Counted from the first letter of the stretch, positions 13,293 to 29,337 are shown. The stretch is 64,000 nucleotides of DNA from Eledone cirrhosa (GCA_964016885.1 OZ024742.1:273110001-273174000); one strand, 5' to 3'. The notes: generated by a model not told the origin, from the letters alone. Numbers and translations: made by a program.

Positions 13293-15146
13293 ATGGAATG
13301 CTTTAGAATTTCTTCTTCTATAAAAGATATACCTTTACCTAAGAATAAGGACTATCTTAAACAACTCATTGAGAAATCTGACTCCTTTGTACGAAGAATT
13401 GGATGGCGTGCCTTCCATTTCGATAGAAAATCAGATGAAAAAACAAATAAATTCAGTTACAACTTCGATATGATCTTCAAATCCAAGAAAAATCCACCTA
13501 ACCACAAACTATTAATGGAATTTGAAAAGGAAATAATATCAATTATACAAAACATCAAATTCAAGAAAAAACAATTTGCAGGCCAGGAATACGTTAAAGG
13601 CCTTAAGAATAATATAGACAACCTTGAAAATACTGAGAAAATCCTCGTAAAATCTTACAAAACTAACAATCTATATGGAATGCAAAAGGACGAATACAAT
13701 AACCTTATATTGAAAGAACTAAGGAAAAACAACAAACTAACAACCAATGAAGACCTGGAAATGGTAAATAGAGTAGCTTCTGAAATAATTCATAAATTAG
13801 GCATTGAAAATAGGACCGAACCCTTTATACCTAGAAAACCAAAAATTAACCTGAAAGACCACAAAAGAAACTTTGAAATAGAACTACCAGTTAGACTCAT
13901 AGCACCATCTAAATAAAACTTAGGCATAGTTAGTAAACATATATTAGATAGAATCATACCGCAACTTAAAGAAATATCTTACCTAAAACTATGGAACGGT
14001 ACTAATGAAGTTATAGATTGGTTCAATAACATAAAATTTAAACATAACAAAAAATTCATTCAATTGGATATTGCAAATTACTACTCCTCCATTACTTCTA
14101 ATTCACTTAATAAAGCCTTTATATATTCATCTAAACATACAGATTTATCTAGCGAAGAAATGCATATCATATTAACCGCACGGAAAACTTTAATTGAATT
14201 CAACAATCATCTCTGGCCTAGAGCTGATAGAACATATAATTTTGATATCACCATGGGTTCATCAGACTCGGCGCAAATAACAGATCTTGTGGGGCTATTT
14301 ATTAATAATACACTACATAGAAAAGTACCACAGATGACCGGTGGTTTATATCATGATGATAATAACCCTACTATTAATTATAATTACAATAAAAAACCTA
14401 ACTTAAACTCTAAAACTAACAGAAGGAATAGAACTAGAAATATAATTTGGTATTCACCTCCATTTTCATTAAGCGTTGAAACACCTTTAGCTAAGCTATT
14501 CTTTAAAGCACTAGATAAATGTTTTCCTAAAGCACAGAGATACCACACAAACTTTAACAGACATACAATAAAACTATCTTACTCTACTACTATGAACATA
14601 GCACAAAATATGAATAGAATCAATAATAGAAATGTAAACCATAACCAAAATAGCAGTAATATATCTAGCAATATCCAACATAATAGTACCGTTCCGAATA
14701 ACATCAACTCCGCTAAATGTAACTGTAGAATTAAATCAAACTGTCCTTTAAAAAATAAGTGCTTAGATAATGACGTGGTCTATAGATGCCGAGTCAAAAC
14801 CAGTTTTAATATATTTAACTATGTAGGTTCAACTTCTACAGACTTTAAAGCTCGTTGGAATAATCACAAATGCTCGTTCAATAAACTTGATAAAAAAATC
14901 TTCAACTTCTCTATCAATCCTGATATGGAACTTAAAATCCAAACATATGGACGATTATTTAGCTTGGGAAATAATTTCACAAGCACCTGCCTACGGGAAA
15001 CAGCTTTATCACGATTTTGCAGATTGTGTATAGAGGAAATTTTCTTCATACTTAAATGTGAGAACTCTAGTAATGTACGAATTAATTTATTTAGTTCTTG
15101 TAAACATCGCCTAAATTCAACGTTTAGAACTATATATAAATTATAA
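13293..15146 (+). pseudogene. PLE RT plus C-terminal GIY-YIG endonuclease (possibly Hydra-clade-like)
   Basis: Motifs SIKDIPLP, LKDHK..PVRLIAPSK, FIQLDIANYYSSI, ITMGSSDSAQITDLVGL, GLYHDD, CNCRIKSNCPLKNKC..VVY..YVGST..FKARWNNH and CRLC..CKH. One in-frame stop at 13914, an internal deletion and 3' frameshifts. Confidence 0.9.
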
Positions 15147-15269
15147 TTACACTTATAATATTTCGACTTATTTCCATAACAATCTTACCCAATCTGTTTT
15201 AATATATTGTTCGCTATAATTTCACTTCTTAAAATGTCTTAAATTATATACATATATGATCGTAAATTT

Positions 15270-15630
15270 TTAATATTAATTTTAATTTTATTATTTTAAG
15301 TTTTTTAATTTTTAATTTTTAATTTTTAATTTTTAATTTTTAATTTTAATTTTTAATTTTTAATTTTTAATTTTTAATTTTTTATTTTTTATTTTTTATT
15401 TTTTATTTTTTATTTTTTATTTTTATTTTATATTTTTTTTTTATATTTTTATTTTATTTTTTTATTTTTTATTTATTTATTTTTTTTATTTTTTTATTTT
15501 TTTTTTTTTTTATTTTTTTTTTTTAATTATTTTTTTTTTCTATTTTTTATTTTTTTTTTTATTTTTTATTTTTTTTTTTTTTTTTTTATTTTTTTTTTTA
15601 TAGTTTTTATTTATTTATTTTTTTTTTTTT
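15270..15630. repeat. T-rich (TTTTTAA)n low-complexity tract in the PLE 3' region
   Basis: Directly visible; similar tracts at 43330-43400 and 47620-47710. Confidence 0.85.
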
Positions 15631-17222
15631 ACTTAAATCTTTCATTTTTTATTTTTTACTTAAAACATTCTTATATGTTAAAAATTACTTAATTTTAAAA
15701 AATCATTCTTTTTAAAATCTACTTATCTCTTATATAATCTTTTTTAAAGATATTTATAAAATGTTTATAAAATGTTTTATGAAGTTTTTATAAAATGTTT
15801 AAAATTTGTTTAAATCTTTTTTTTAATTTTCCCGAATTTTTAATATTTTTTAATATCTTTAATAAAAAAAAAATTATAAAATCTTTTAATAGATTTATAA
15901 CCAGTAACTAATTCTGGCTAAATATATCTTTCAACATTTAGATATTTAACATTGAAACTTATTTTGACAAAATGGTCTCATACTAACTAATAAATAAACA
16001 AAACTGGAGTTTTCGCCGTATCTTCCGAATTAAAAATATTTAAAATATATAAATATTAATTACCTACATTATATATAAATCCATATGCTTATAACTCATT
16101 AAAACAATTATCTATAACAGGATATATCCATATATCCATTTATTATCTATTTATCTATTTATTGATTTATTCTTTAATTTTTCTATTTATTTTTTCCATA
16201 TATTTTTCTACTTACTTTTCTATCTATCTATTTTTCTATCTGATTATTCTTCTATTCACCTATTTTTCTGTCCATTTATTTCTCTACTTATTTTTCTATC
16301 TATCTATATTTCTATCTATTTATTCTTCTATTTATCTATTTTTCTATCTACTTATTATATTAAAAAGAATTCTAACAACTAAATAATAGTAAATATACGT
16401 ACCATTAATAGATATAAACTTAAAATGTATTCACCATATTTACGTTACATGAGTTCTATTCATCCTCTTGTAAATTTCTTCTCTCTTCTCTCTTTTTTCT
16501 CTCCCTCTCTATCTTCCCTATCTATCTCCAGTGTCATTTAAATATACGATTGTTTTTTCAATTATTTACATATTCATTTTCCATATTCACACGTGAGTTT
16601 GAATAATCGCTAATATGTTTCCACTAACCAGTGAATTTCCAACCAATAACGTAGAATTTTCATGGGCACGTCGCTATTTATAAAACAAACTTTGTATTTT
16701 ATCTGTTGAAAGCGCACTAATTTTGTCCTTGTTGCCATTGAAAAATATATAATAAAATAAATATGGTTTTATAAATATAGTTTCCATTTATTTAATATCA
16801 TATAATATTTACTCCAGTACACTGTTGACTGCACTAAATCAGTATATGATTCTCCTAGAAGATTGCCCTGACATAGGCTAGGTGTCCTTCACTCCCAGTG
16901 GTAAACCGCGCGATCGGGTTACCAGCCCGATTATTTCTATGTCCCCGCGCATGTACATACACATGTACCCATGTATATACATATATATATATAAATCAGG
17001 AAAGAAGAGTGACACGGTTTGCTATACAAAAAAGGTTTTTAATCTCATTGCTGACAATTCTTTCTCTGAACTGGTAGGTCTAGATATCGCTATCCGCTTA
17101 TTTTCGCGTTACTCGATCGCCAATACAAAATTATAACCAGTCAGTTCATCGGAGCTTACGAGTATCACCAACTACCTGGAGTACACCTAAGTGGACTGCA
17201 TATAACTATTATTTGTTACCCC

Positions 17223-18305
<1,083 letters not shown>

Positions 18306-18436
18306 TGTTAAAGAGTTAAACAAGATTCAATGAGTACATCACAGAATAGATTGGAAGCACTCTACCAGAAAATATTTTCCAGAGTTATTAATATTAATTC
18401 AAATATTAAGCAAACAGATATTCTTGTGATCAAGTA

Positions 18437-18505
18437 AATTTTATTATACATTTTTCAGAGGTACTGAATTAATTTCAACAGTGCGTCCTCATCAGATAAA
18501 GTAAA
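18437..18505 (-). ncRNA. Hammerhead ribozyme in the PLE2 terminal repeat; decayed partner ~23460-23527(+)
   Basis: UUUAU-CUGAUGA-GGACGCACUG..CAGUACCUCU-GAAA-AAUGUA-UA-AUAAA. Confidence 0.65.
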
Positions 18506-19659
18506 ATGATACATGACATACCCTGACATGGTAGATTGTTAAGATTTAATCAAGGCAGTGATTAACTTATGTAAAACTCAATATTTATACCCTAATATTG
18601 AGAACATGAGAAAACGTAAGAGAATCAATAGAGAGAGTGTGAGTAATATATTTTAATAAATACATTGCCTCAATGCAACAGTTATAAAATGTGTAATAAT
18701 TAAAATACTACTATAGAACTATGCGGTAGAGGAAAGTATAGAGGAAGACCTAGCTGAAGTCATAATTTATTTAGTATTTAGCTTGAGAAGTGAGATGACA
18801 GATAATTAAAGAGAGGGAGAGACAAAGGGGAGTAATTTATGCTTAAATTTCTTTATACACACATAATCATATATAGTTTTGGCGGTTAATTTTCAAAATC
18901 TTTAATTTATTTTATTTCAGGATAAAGAGGCAAAATTTTAGCTTTTAAAAGTTGATGGGTATTTGTATTAATATTATAATATAATTATGTTAAATTTCTA
19001 AAATTCAAAGTTTTATGAAGACAAATTTAAAGGATTTACAAAGCCCGCGAAAGAAAGAAAATATTCATATAATGGTCAATATTCCCACAAAGGTAATCTT
19101 TATCAAAATTACTTATAACACTGACAACATTTTCTATAATACAATTTATGAGATATTTACAGTTATAAATATTAAAATATTAATTGTTAAATAGTTAAAG
19201 TGCCTAAAGTATTAACAGGTCTTATAATTAAACCTAAAGATGTCAAAGTTTTCAGCTATATATATATATGTGTATTGATCATAATACCAGGCCTATAATT
19301 TATTATTTGTTCATATATCGTATTAAGTAAGTGATTATATAAGTTTGACCTTCCAGGGAAAACATAACTATACTTTATTATTAGTTCATATATTATATTA
19401 AGTAAATGATTATAGAAGTTCGACCTTCCAGGGAAAACCAAACACTTAAAATAATGTCAGTTGGGTGTTTAAATTATTTATATAAATCTAACTACGATTA
19501 TGTAATTATGCTAGATAAAGGTATTTGTATAAAACCTTATACAGATGTACTAGGTATTAATTAAACGGTAAACATTTAATAAAAATAGGATAAATAAAAA
19601 TGGGATATATAAAAAATGGGATATATAAAAAATGGGATATATAAAAAATGGGATAAATA

Positions 19660-21522
19660 AAGAAGAATATAATAACTTGATTTTAAAGGAACTTAGAAAA
19701 ATGATAAAAAAGCCCCGGCTGAAGATCTTACAGACATTAATGATGATGCATATGAATTAATTACCAAATTAGGAATCGAAGGAAGAACAGAGCCCCTAGG
19801 CAGCCGCGGATCAATTTTAAAGATCACGAAAGAAACTTCGAGGAAGACCTGCCAGGTAGACTGATTGCTCCATCCAAATCGGATATTGGAGTAATCAGTA
19901 AAAACATTATTTATAGAATTCTACCTACTCTGAAATTGAGGTCTAAATTGATGAAAGATACAAACGAAGTCATTCAATGGTATAAGAATACAGATGATAA
20001 GAAAAACCGTAAATTCATCCAGATGGATATAACAAGCTATTATTCTTCCATAACGCACAACCTACTAAATAAGGCTCTAAATACCCTTACAAGCATACTG
20101 ATCTCACTACGGATGAAATTGATATCATATTAACTGCTAGAAGAACTCTTATTAACTTCGTCAATGAGAATTGGACCCGCTCAGATAGAAATAGAAACTT
20201 TGATATTACCATGGTGTCATCTGATTCAGCGCAAATCACAGATTTTCTGGGGATTTTCATATTAAATATGATAAATAGAAAACTGCCGGAGATGACCGGT
20301 GGTTTATACAGGGACGATATTTTATTTACGGTTGTCAAACACAACAATATTTAACTAAATAGAGTAAAGAAAAATATAATTGAATTCTTTAAAATGTATG
20401 ACCTTAAACTAGAAGTAGAAAGTGGTACCAAAATAGTTAATTTCCTTGATGTTACGTTTAACTTAAACTCAACATTTTATTACCCTTTCCATAAGCCTAA
20501 TGAAAACTTAAATTACGTTAGTTATTACTACAATCACCCTAAGTCAGTGAAAAAAGCAATTGTAAATAGTGTGCAACAACGCATTTATAGAATATTTGCC
20601 AATAAAGCAATATTTGATGAAAATGCAGGATATTACAATGAAGTGCTAAAAAAGGCAGGTTATAAAAATAATATAGAATATGTAGACAATAATAGTCCAA
20701 GTTTTAATCCTGATAAAAATAATGGCATATATAAACGAAATTCTATAAATTCTAGTAATTATAATTCAAACACCTATACTGTGAATAAATCGGGGAGAAG
20801 AACCAGAAATAAATCAGTTATATGGTTTGCCCCCCACCACCCCTGGTTCTGTAGCAGTAAGAACACCAATAGCTAATCTATTCTTTAAAGCTTTGGATAG
20901 CTCTTTCCCTAGTCAACATATATGCCATTCCATTTTTAATAAACACACTATTAAATTATCTTATTCTACAACTATGAATATGTTCCAAAACATTGCTAAA
21001 ATATACAGTAAAATTCTAAATCAAAATCAACATAATGATATTAATAATAGTGCTAATATAAATAATAATAAATCTAAATGTAATTGTAGAAATAAACCAG
21101 ATTGCCCTCTGCAAAATAAGTGTTTGGATAGTAATTTGGTATATAAATGCACCGTAAAAACAAATAACTACACATACAACTACACAGGAGCGAGTTCTTC
21201 TACATTTAAGGCTAGATTTGCAAATCATAAATGCTCATTCTCGAATTCTAATAGGAAATCTTCGACTTCTTTATCACAGCTTATATGGTCATTAAAACAC
21301 ACAAATTTAAAATACTCGATCTTTTGGACGAAGCTTTGTAATAATGGAGTTTACGTCAACTCTTATATATCAATTAACTGCAGCCTCTGTACTAAGGAGA
21401 CCCTATTAATAATTAATAATTATGAAAACTTAATTAACAAAAAAAGTGAATTATTCTCAAACTGCCTTCATAAAGCTTTGTCTACATTCCAAGCCTCGCC
21501 TAATCTCAGGAAAAAACAGTAA
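19660..21522 (+). pseudogene. PLE RT plus GIY-YIG, frameshifted
   Basis: Motifs FIQMDITSYYSSI, GGLYRDD, VNFLDVTFNL, CNCRNKPDCPLQNKC..LVY..YTG..FKARFANH and CSLC..LINKKSELFSNCLH. Confidence 0.9.
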
Positions 21523-22518
21523 GCAACCAAGCCTGATTTTCGACGTACAGCATCAACTGTTGAACATATAAGTTATAACGGCTTATACAACTTTAATAAA
21601 GATTTATCTTCGAATCATTTATAATGGAACTAATGTTTGAATGAATGACACTTGTTTGATAACTTCTTTGCTGGATAGATATGCATACCCGATGGTTTTT
21701 GTTTGGATATTTTTAACTTTGATTCAGATCTTTATTTTTCAATCTCTGTTTTAAATATATAGTTTAGATATTTAACCTGTAAATTTACTGATTTTAATTT
21801 GAACTGTGGATCATTCATGCGTTTACATATTTTATATATATATATGTATATTTTTTATATATATATATATATATATTTTACTCATTTTGAGATGGTTTTT
21901 GAGGACTTAGAAAGTTAGTTTTGCGCTTTGGTTTTTTATGTATATTTAACAAACTATTATAGCAGACAAATATTGGTTTATCTCTCCACTGAACTGGAGG
22001 TAAAACTACTAACAATGTTTATAATCGCTACTTTTTATTTTTTATTAAATATATACCGTTTCATTAATATCTAGTATATCTATGTATAGTTTGTACAACT
22101 ATCTTTATCTAGTGTAATAACATAATCGTAGTTACACTTATATAAAACTACTAACAAAGATTATAATCGTTATTCTTTAGTAAATGTATACCGTTTCATT
22201 AATACATAGTATACCACTATATATAGTTTGTACTAATATATTTATCAAGTATAATAACATAATCATTGTTACATTTGTATAAAACTAATAAAATTGACTG
22301 TAATTACTATTTTTATTAAATGTTTACTGTTTCATTAATACCTAGTACATCTATATATGGTTTTATACAAATATCTTTATCTAGGATAATAACATAATCG
22401 TAGTTAAATTTATATAAATAGTTTAAACACCCAAATGACATTACTATAAGTGTTTGGTTTTCCCTGGAAGGTCGAACTTCTATAATCATTTACTTAATAT
22501 AATATATGAACTAATAAT

Positions 22519-22593
22519 GGTTTCTTAAATAGGTACAAGGCCAGCAATTTGGGGGGAAGGGAAAGTCGATTGAATCGACCCCAGCGCCTGCTT
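22519..22593 (-). mobile_element. 75 bp SINE 3'-end fragment with 8 bp TSD
   Basis: TTTCTTAAATAGGTACAAGGCCAGCAATT resembles the SINE tail at 44312. CTAATAAT flanks it at 22511 and 22594. The insert is absent from the opposite inverted arm (~19375-19390). Confidence 0.65.
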
Positions 22594-23569
22594 CTAATAA
22601 TAAAGTATATTTCGGTTTTCCCTGGAAGGTCGAACTTATATAATCCCTTACTTAATATAATATATGAACAAATAATAAATTATAGTCCTGGTATTATGAT
22701 CAATACACACATATATATATAGCTGAAAGCTCTGACATATTTAGGTTTAATTATAAGACCTGTTAATACTTTAGGCACTATAACTATTTAACAATAAATA
22801 CTTTAATAGTTATAACTGTAAATATCTCATAAATTGTATTATAGAAAATGTTGTCAGTGTTATAAGTAATTTTGATAAAGATTTGTGGGAATATTGAACA
22901 TTATATGTATATTTTCTTTCTTTCGCGGGCTTTGTAAATCCTTTAAATTTGTCTACATAATATTTTGAATTTTAGAAATTTAACATAATTATATTATAAT
23001 ATTAATACAAATACCTATCAACTTTTAAAACCTAAAATGTTGATTCTTTACCCTGAAATAGCATAAATTAAATATTTTGAAAATTAACCGCTAAAACTAT
23101 ATATGATTATGTGTTTAAAGAAATATGAGCATAAATTAATCTCGTTTGTCTCTCCCTCTGTCATTTGTCTTCTCAAGCTAAATACTAAATAAGTTATTAA
23201 CTTCAGCTACGTCTTCCTCTATACTTTCTTCTACCGCATAGTTCTATAGTAGTATTTTAAATATTACAAATTTTATAACTGTTGCATTGAGGCAATGTAT
23301 TTATTAAAATATATTACTCACACTCTCTCTCTATTGATTCTATTACGTTTTCTCATGTTCCCAATATTAGGTTATAAATATTGAGTTTTCTCATAAGTTA
23401 ATCACTACCTTGATTAAATCTTGACAATCTAGCATGTCAGGGTATGTCATGTATCATATTATTTCATCTTATGAGGACGTACTGTTGAACTTAAATCAGT
23501 ATCTCTGAAATATGTATAATAAAATTTAATTAAACACAAGAATATCTATTTTGTCAATATTTGAAATAA

Positions 23570-23766
23570 TATTATATATATATATTTATATATAATATAT
23601 ATATTTGATATATATATATATATGTATATATGATATATATATATATATGTATATATGATATATATATATATGTATATATGATATATATATGTATATATGA
23701 TATATATATATGTATATATGATATATATATATGTATATATGATATATATATATATATATATATAAT

Positions 23767-23818
<52 letters not shown>

Positions 23819-23916
23819 GTATATATAATATATATATATATATAATATATATATATACAATATATATATATATATTTATAATATATATATTTATACATAA
23901 TACAAATATATATAAT

Positions 23917-23971
<55 letters not shown>

Positions 23972-24110
23972 TATATATAATATATATAGTATATATATAT
24001 TATATATATATATATATATTATATATATATATATTAAATATATATATATATATTATATATATATATATATATATATTAAATATATATATATATATTATAT
24101 ATATATATAT
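23570..24110. repeat. (TA)n-derived microsatellite
   Basis: Directly visible. Confidence 0.95.
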
Positions 24111-24474
24111 TCTTTGAGTGTTGAACTATAAAGACGTGTTTTCACTTCTCTCCCCGAGTTAACAGCAAATCACACAGCTACAAAACCAAACAAACCTAAT
24201 TGACCGGTCATTTACATTTACATACATCTATATTCTTATATATTTGAAACCACGTGTTTACCAACTTGTGAGTACATTTTCTTTTAACTACAAATTATTA
24301 TATACTTTCCTCTTTTCATTAATTTCATTAATTTCAAACAACCAAATAACCAGAATATATATATACTCATATTTATATATACTCTTCTCACTCACACACA
24401 AGAAAAACACATATCAAGAAAAACAAATATATTGAAATACTTAACTAAAACACACACACACACACACACACACT

Positions 24475-24618
<144 letters not shown>

Positions 24619-24626
24619 AAACTAGA

Positions 24627-25405
24627 ATGGCTAACCAGCCAAAATCCAAACAGAACTGGTCTGATAATGAAATCTACATTCTAATAAACACATGGCATTG
24701 CCTTGCGCAGACAGAAGACATAGATGTTTCATGTCTGAACGAAATTGCTAAACGTACAGTTCACCTTTTGAAAACCCGATCTGAACAACAGATTCAAAAT
24801 AAATTAAAGCAAATCCAAGTTGCTTTTAAATTAAACATTTTAACTACGGTGTGTTTTTACTTCGGACGCTATCCAGCAGCAGCAACACCAGCAACAACGG
24901 CAACAACAACAACAACAGCTACAACAACAGCAACAACAACAACAGCAACAACAGCAACAGCAGCAACACCAACAACAACAACAACAACAACAGCAACAAC
25001 AGCAACAACAACAACAGCAACAGCAGCAACAACAACAACAACAACAACAACAGCAACAGCAACAGCAACAACAGCAACAGCAGCAACACCAACAACAACA
25101 ACAACAACAACAGCAACAACAGCAACAACAACAACAGCAACAGCAGCAACAACAACAACAACAACAACAGCAACAGCAACAGCAACAACAACAACAGCAA
25201 CAGCAGCAACAACAACGACATCAGCAACAACAACAGTGGGAACCACTCTTTGATTCATCAACGATGGCCGATCTACTAAATGAAACTATTGACCTCCCAG
25301 TAGCCACTGTCTCACAGCAGGAAACGCCTCTTCCTTTCTCTGCCCCAGCAGTCCAATCATCACCACTGCCAACATCTCCTCTGCCTACTACTACTACTAC
25401 TACTG

Positions 25406-25469
<64 letters not shown>

Positions 25470-25490
25470 CACTACTACTACTACTACTGA

Positions 25491-25562
<72 letters not shown>

Positions 25563-26088
25563 ATCTTTGCCTACTGCTATCTCAAGGAATTTACCTCCTA
25601 ATACAAGTACAAGAACTCTCCCTCCCACAGCCCACAAAGGTCGTCAAAACGTACTCAAACTATCATCTACACCTCTCACAACACACACACACACATACAC
25701 ACCCACTCGAAACCCCATAATTTGCCGCTACTCTCTACGCTATAGAATATGTACGGATAGTGGCTGCAAATTCACCCATTTACCTAGGACAAAACGGTCT
25801 ATCCCCACAAACAACAGCCACCAACATAATACATACTCTAATTTATCACCAACACAACCACCAATAACTCAAACAAGGAATCCACAAATCTGCCGCTTTT
25901 CCCAGCGTGAAAGATTGTGTTTACACCGGGATTGTCCCTTTACCCATCTCCCGGGGACTCGTCGGACATATGAAAATAAAAATAAAAATAAAAATAAAAG
26001 CAAAAACAAAACCATAACCTACATAAAAATAACCACTACCACAGTCACCAACAGTCCCCTAAACAGGCAACTTCTTCCTTTTTTTTAG
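24627..26088 (+). pseudogene. LINE ORF1: Myb/SANT-like N-terminus, poly-Thr tracts, two CCCH fingers
   Basis: WSDNEIYILINTW..EIAKR..RSEQQIQNKLKQI; ICRYSLRYRICTDSGCKFTHLP and ICRFSQRERLCLHRDCPFTHLP. Split into ORFs 24627-25253 and 25264-26088. Confidence 0.6.
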
Positions 26089-26239
26089 CCATAATGAATC
26101 TGGCAAAAGAACTGGAAAAAAACATTCGAGCTATCACCCAGCACCACTCTCCACTATCACCCCACTGCACAAACTCCCATTGCTGCCATTAACAAACAAA
26201 CAAATTAACAATTAAAACCATCCACACTCGCCTCAACAT

Positions 26240-29180
26240 TTTTGCTTAACGCCCAAGGAATCAGCCCTTCCACCAATAGTCAAAAATGGAAGATCAAATT
26301 CCTGGAGGACTGGGTTGATGTCCATCCAAACCACATCCCTTTCTTCGTTCTCACTGAAACCATCTCAGTAACCTCCACTTGGAAGCCGAGGTGAAAGTGA
26401 AAGATTTCAAAGCCATCCGTGCTGATCGCGTTGGCAGAAGAAAGGGTGGGACTGCCATTTATGTCCATAATTCTTTCTCAACAGAGGCTATGAACATATT
26501 TTCTAATGGCTACTGCGAAGCAGTCACTGTATTCAGTCAAACCAACAACCTAATAGTAGTTGGGCTCTATAGGCCACCCAAACGCCTCTACCATTCTTCA
26601 AGGAATGCCTCAACAGCATAAATGTTTCATTCAAGAGTGTCACCCTGACAACATCTTAAATGATGGGGGACTTTAAGCTGCCCGGCGTTCACTGGTCCAC
26701 AAACAGCCTGCCACCAGGTTCTTCTGTCTCAACCTCTGACAGGGAAGCATTGGAATCGCTTCTTGATTTCATGGATGATTTCATCCTGTCCCAACTGGTG
26801 CTCGAACCAACGAGGTGCCACAAAAACGACCTAGACTTAATTTTCAGTAATCACACTGACACTATCCACAATATTGCAGTGGAGAAAACTCTACTCTCTG
26901 ATCATTACATAGTACTCTGTGATCTGAGATTCCACCGTCCAATATACAAACCAAAAATCATCTCTCCTGGCCATCCGTTTGACGCTATGGATTTCCACAA
27001 TGCAAACTGGGAAGCGATCAGTCATGATCTTGCACATGTCGACTGGTCCTTCACGCACACTCACACACCCACTAACATCAAAAAGTCCTGGCAGACATTT
27101 GTGGACACTGTTACAAACATATGTGCAAAACACACCCCATTAAGAACTATAAACAAATCTAAGAGCAGAATCCCTAGAAATATAAAAAACGCTCATCAGG
27201 AAAATTAAGAGAACTAACAAAAAAATCAACAAGCTGAAATACCGTCAGCAGCAACACATCAACTTGACTGCCATTTCATCACTAGAGATTAAAAAACGTA
27301 ACCTCCAAAACAATATGATGTCTATTATCAACAATCAGAGAAGAGCTGAAGAGGCCTGGGCCATTTAGAAGATCAAGCTCACTCCCAAAGTGTTCTTTTC
27401 ATTTGCAAAAAAACCCACAAAATCACTGGCTATACTGTTGGCCCTCTATTTGATGAAAATGGCACTCTTCAAGACGATGCTAAAACCATGGGTGAGATAC
27501 TGCAGAAACAATACTGCTCTGTTTTCAGTAATCCTGATATGGCCGATCTGGGCTGTATCGGCGATGTTACTCCCCATTACACCTTATGGGACATAACGTT
27601 TGGCGCCCCTAATGTCTTAGCGGCAATAAAGGAAATCAAGCATAATTCAGCATTACGTCCCCATAGGTTCCCTGCTTGTGTCTTGAAGGCGTGTCAACAC
27701 CATCTCCTCTTGCCAATGTGTGGCGGAACTCACTGGATGCTGGATATATGCCAGAAAACCTTCTATCCCAGTCTGTTGTCCCAGTTTTCAAAAAAGGGAA
27801 CAAATCCCTTGCCGTAAATTACCGTCCAATCTCACTCATATCTCATATCATTAAGGTATTTGAGAGAGTGGTGAGATCGCGAATGACTCACTTCCTTGAG
27901 AGTAACAATATGCTGAACTCCAACCAGCATGGATTCCGTAATGGAAGGGATTGCCTGACGCAGCTACTGCATCACTTTGATGACATTTTGAGAGCCTTGG
28001 GACAGGGTTCCAACACTAATGTTATCTACCTTGATTTCAGCAAGGCCTTTGACAGGGTTGATCACATCATTCTACTGAGAAAGCTGTCCATTATTGGTGT
28101 CACTGGAAAGCTGCTGAAGTGGATCAAGTGCTTCCTGTCAAACAGAACGCAACATGTTGTAGTCGAAGGCGTCAAATCCAGCCCAGCCAGTCAGTAGTGG
28201 GGTCCCACAAGGCACTGTGTTGGGCCCACTTCTCTTCATCATCTATATTAATTACATCACTGACATCATCAAACACAGCATCATTGGAATTTTCGCTGAT
28301 GATTCCAAGCTCCAAAAGGACATCACTGGCGTGGATGACCGGATAAGCTTTCAGTCAAACCTACTGGCTGTTACCCAATGGGCGGAAAAGAACAACATGT
28401 TACTGAACGAAGACAAATTCGAACTGATCCACTTTGGAAAAGAGGATGCTCTGAAACTCCCGTACTCCCTTCCCTCCGGTGAAAATCTCGTGGCATCTAA
28501 CAACATCAGAGACTTGGGAGTAACCGTGGACAGCAACATAAGCTGGGCCACGCATATAAGCAGCAAAGTTGACATTGCCCGCAGAATGTGTTCCTGAATC
28601 CTCAGAACCTTCCAGTCGAGAGATTCCCACACCATTATCCTTCTCTTCTCCACTTTTGCCCGACCATACCTTGAATAATGTTGTCCTCTGTGGTCTCCCC
28701 ACACGAAACAAAGTATGAATGAAACTTGAAGCTCCCCAAAGGGCAATCACGAAAACGATAGATGGCATGTCAGACCTTGACTACTGAGGTCGACTAGAAA
28801 AGTTGAAAATTTACTCACTCCTACGTCGCCGTGAACGTTATATTATCTGCATGATGTGGAAAATGTTTCATCAGCACTGCTCAAATGATGTTGGCATCAC
28901 CTTCAAAATACACCCAAGGCTTGGGTCCCGTGCTATCAGTGCCAAACAAAAATCTAAATCGCAACTCATAACAACAATACGGCACAATTATTTCATCTCA
29001 ATTGGCCCTGCTCTCTTCAACATCACACCAGGAGACGTCAAAACAGAAACTGACCAAACGAAATTCAAAAAGTCTTTGGACAAATTCCTCCAAGTAATCC
29101 CGGACAAACCACCCACACCCGGATATGTCTCTGAAAACAGTAATTCTCTTCTCGAATGGGCCATGGTGCCCAAATCCTGA
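26240..29180 (+). pseudogene. LINE ORF2: APE endonuclease plus RT
   Basis: Motifs LNAQG, LTET, RKGGTAIYV, LYRPP, MGDFK, LDLIF, SDH, NYRPISLISHIIKVFER, QHGFR, YLDFSKAFDRVDH, GVPQGTVLGPLLF, FADDSK and YSLLRRRERY. Confidence 0.93.
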
Positions 29181-29269
29181 ATTGAAAGACTTCGCCAGGT
29201 GGTGCTATTATGTTAGACATGGCCTGGGCCAATACTGGCCAAAACATTTCAAAGTTATTCAAAGTATAC

Positions 29270-29333
<64 letters not shown>

Positions 29334-29337
<4 letters not shown>

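Larger units (their letters stand above)
18350..23550 (+). mobile_element. Penelope-like element 2: 5'-truncated ORF between ~1.2 kb inverted repeats
   Basis: 18400-19590 is the reverse complement of ~22310-23545. Coding relic at 19660-21522. (TA)n on both flanks. Confidence 0.88.

Noticed and set aside
18350-23550. DNA transposon with long terminal inverted repeats
   Set aside because: The interior encodes PLE RT and GIY-YIG, not a DDE transposase.
24851-25637. Mucin-like, poly-Asn, poly-Leu and poly-Val ORFs
   Set aside because: Alternative frames of trinucleotide repeats inside the LINE ORF1.
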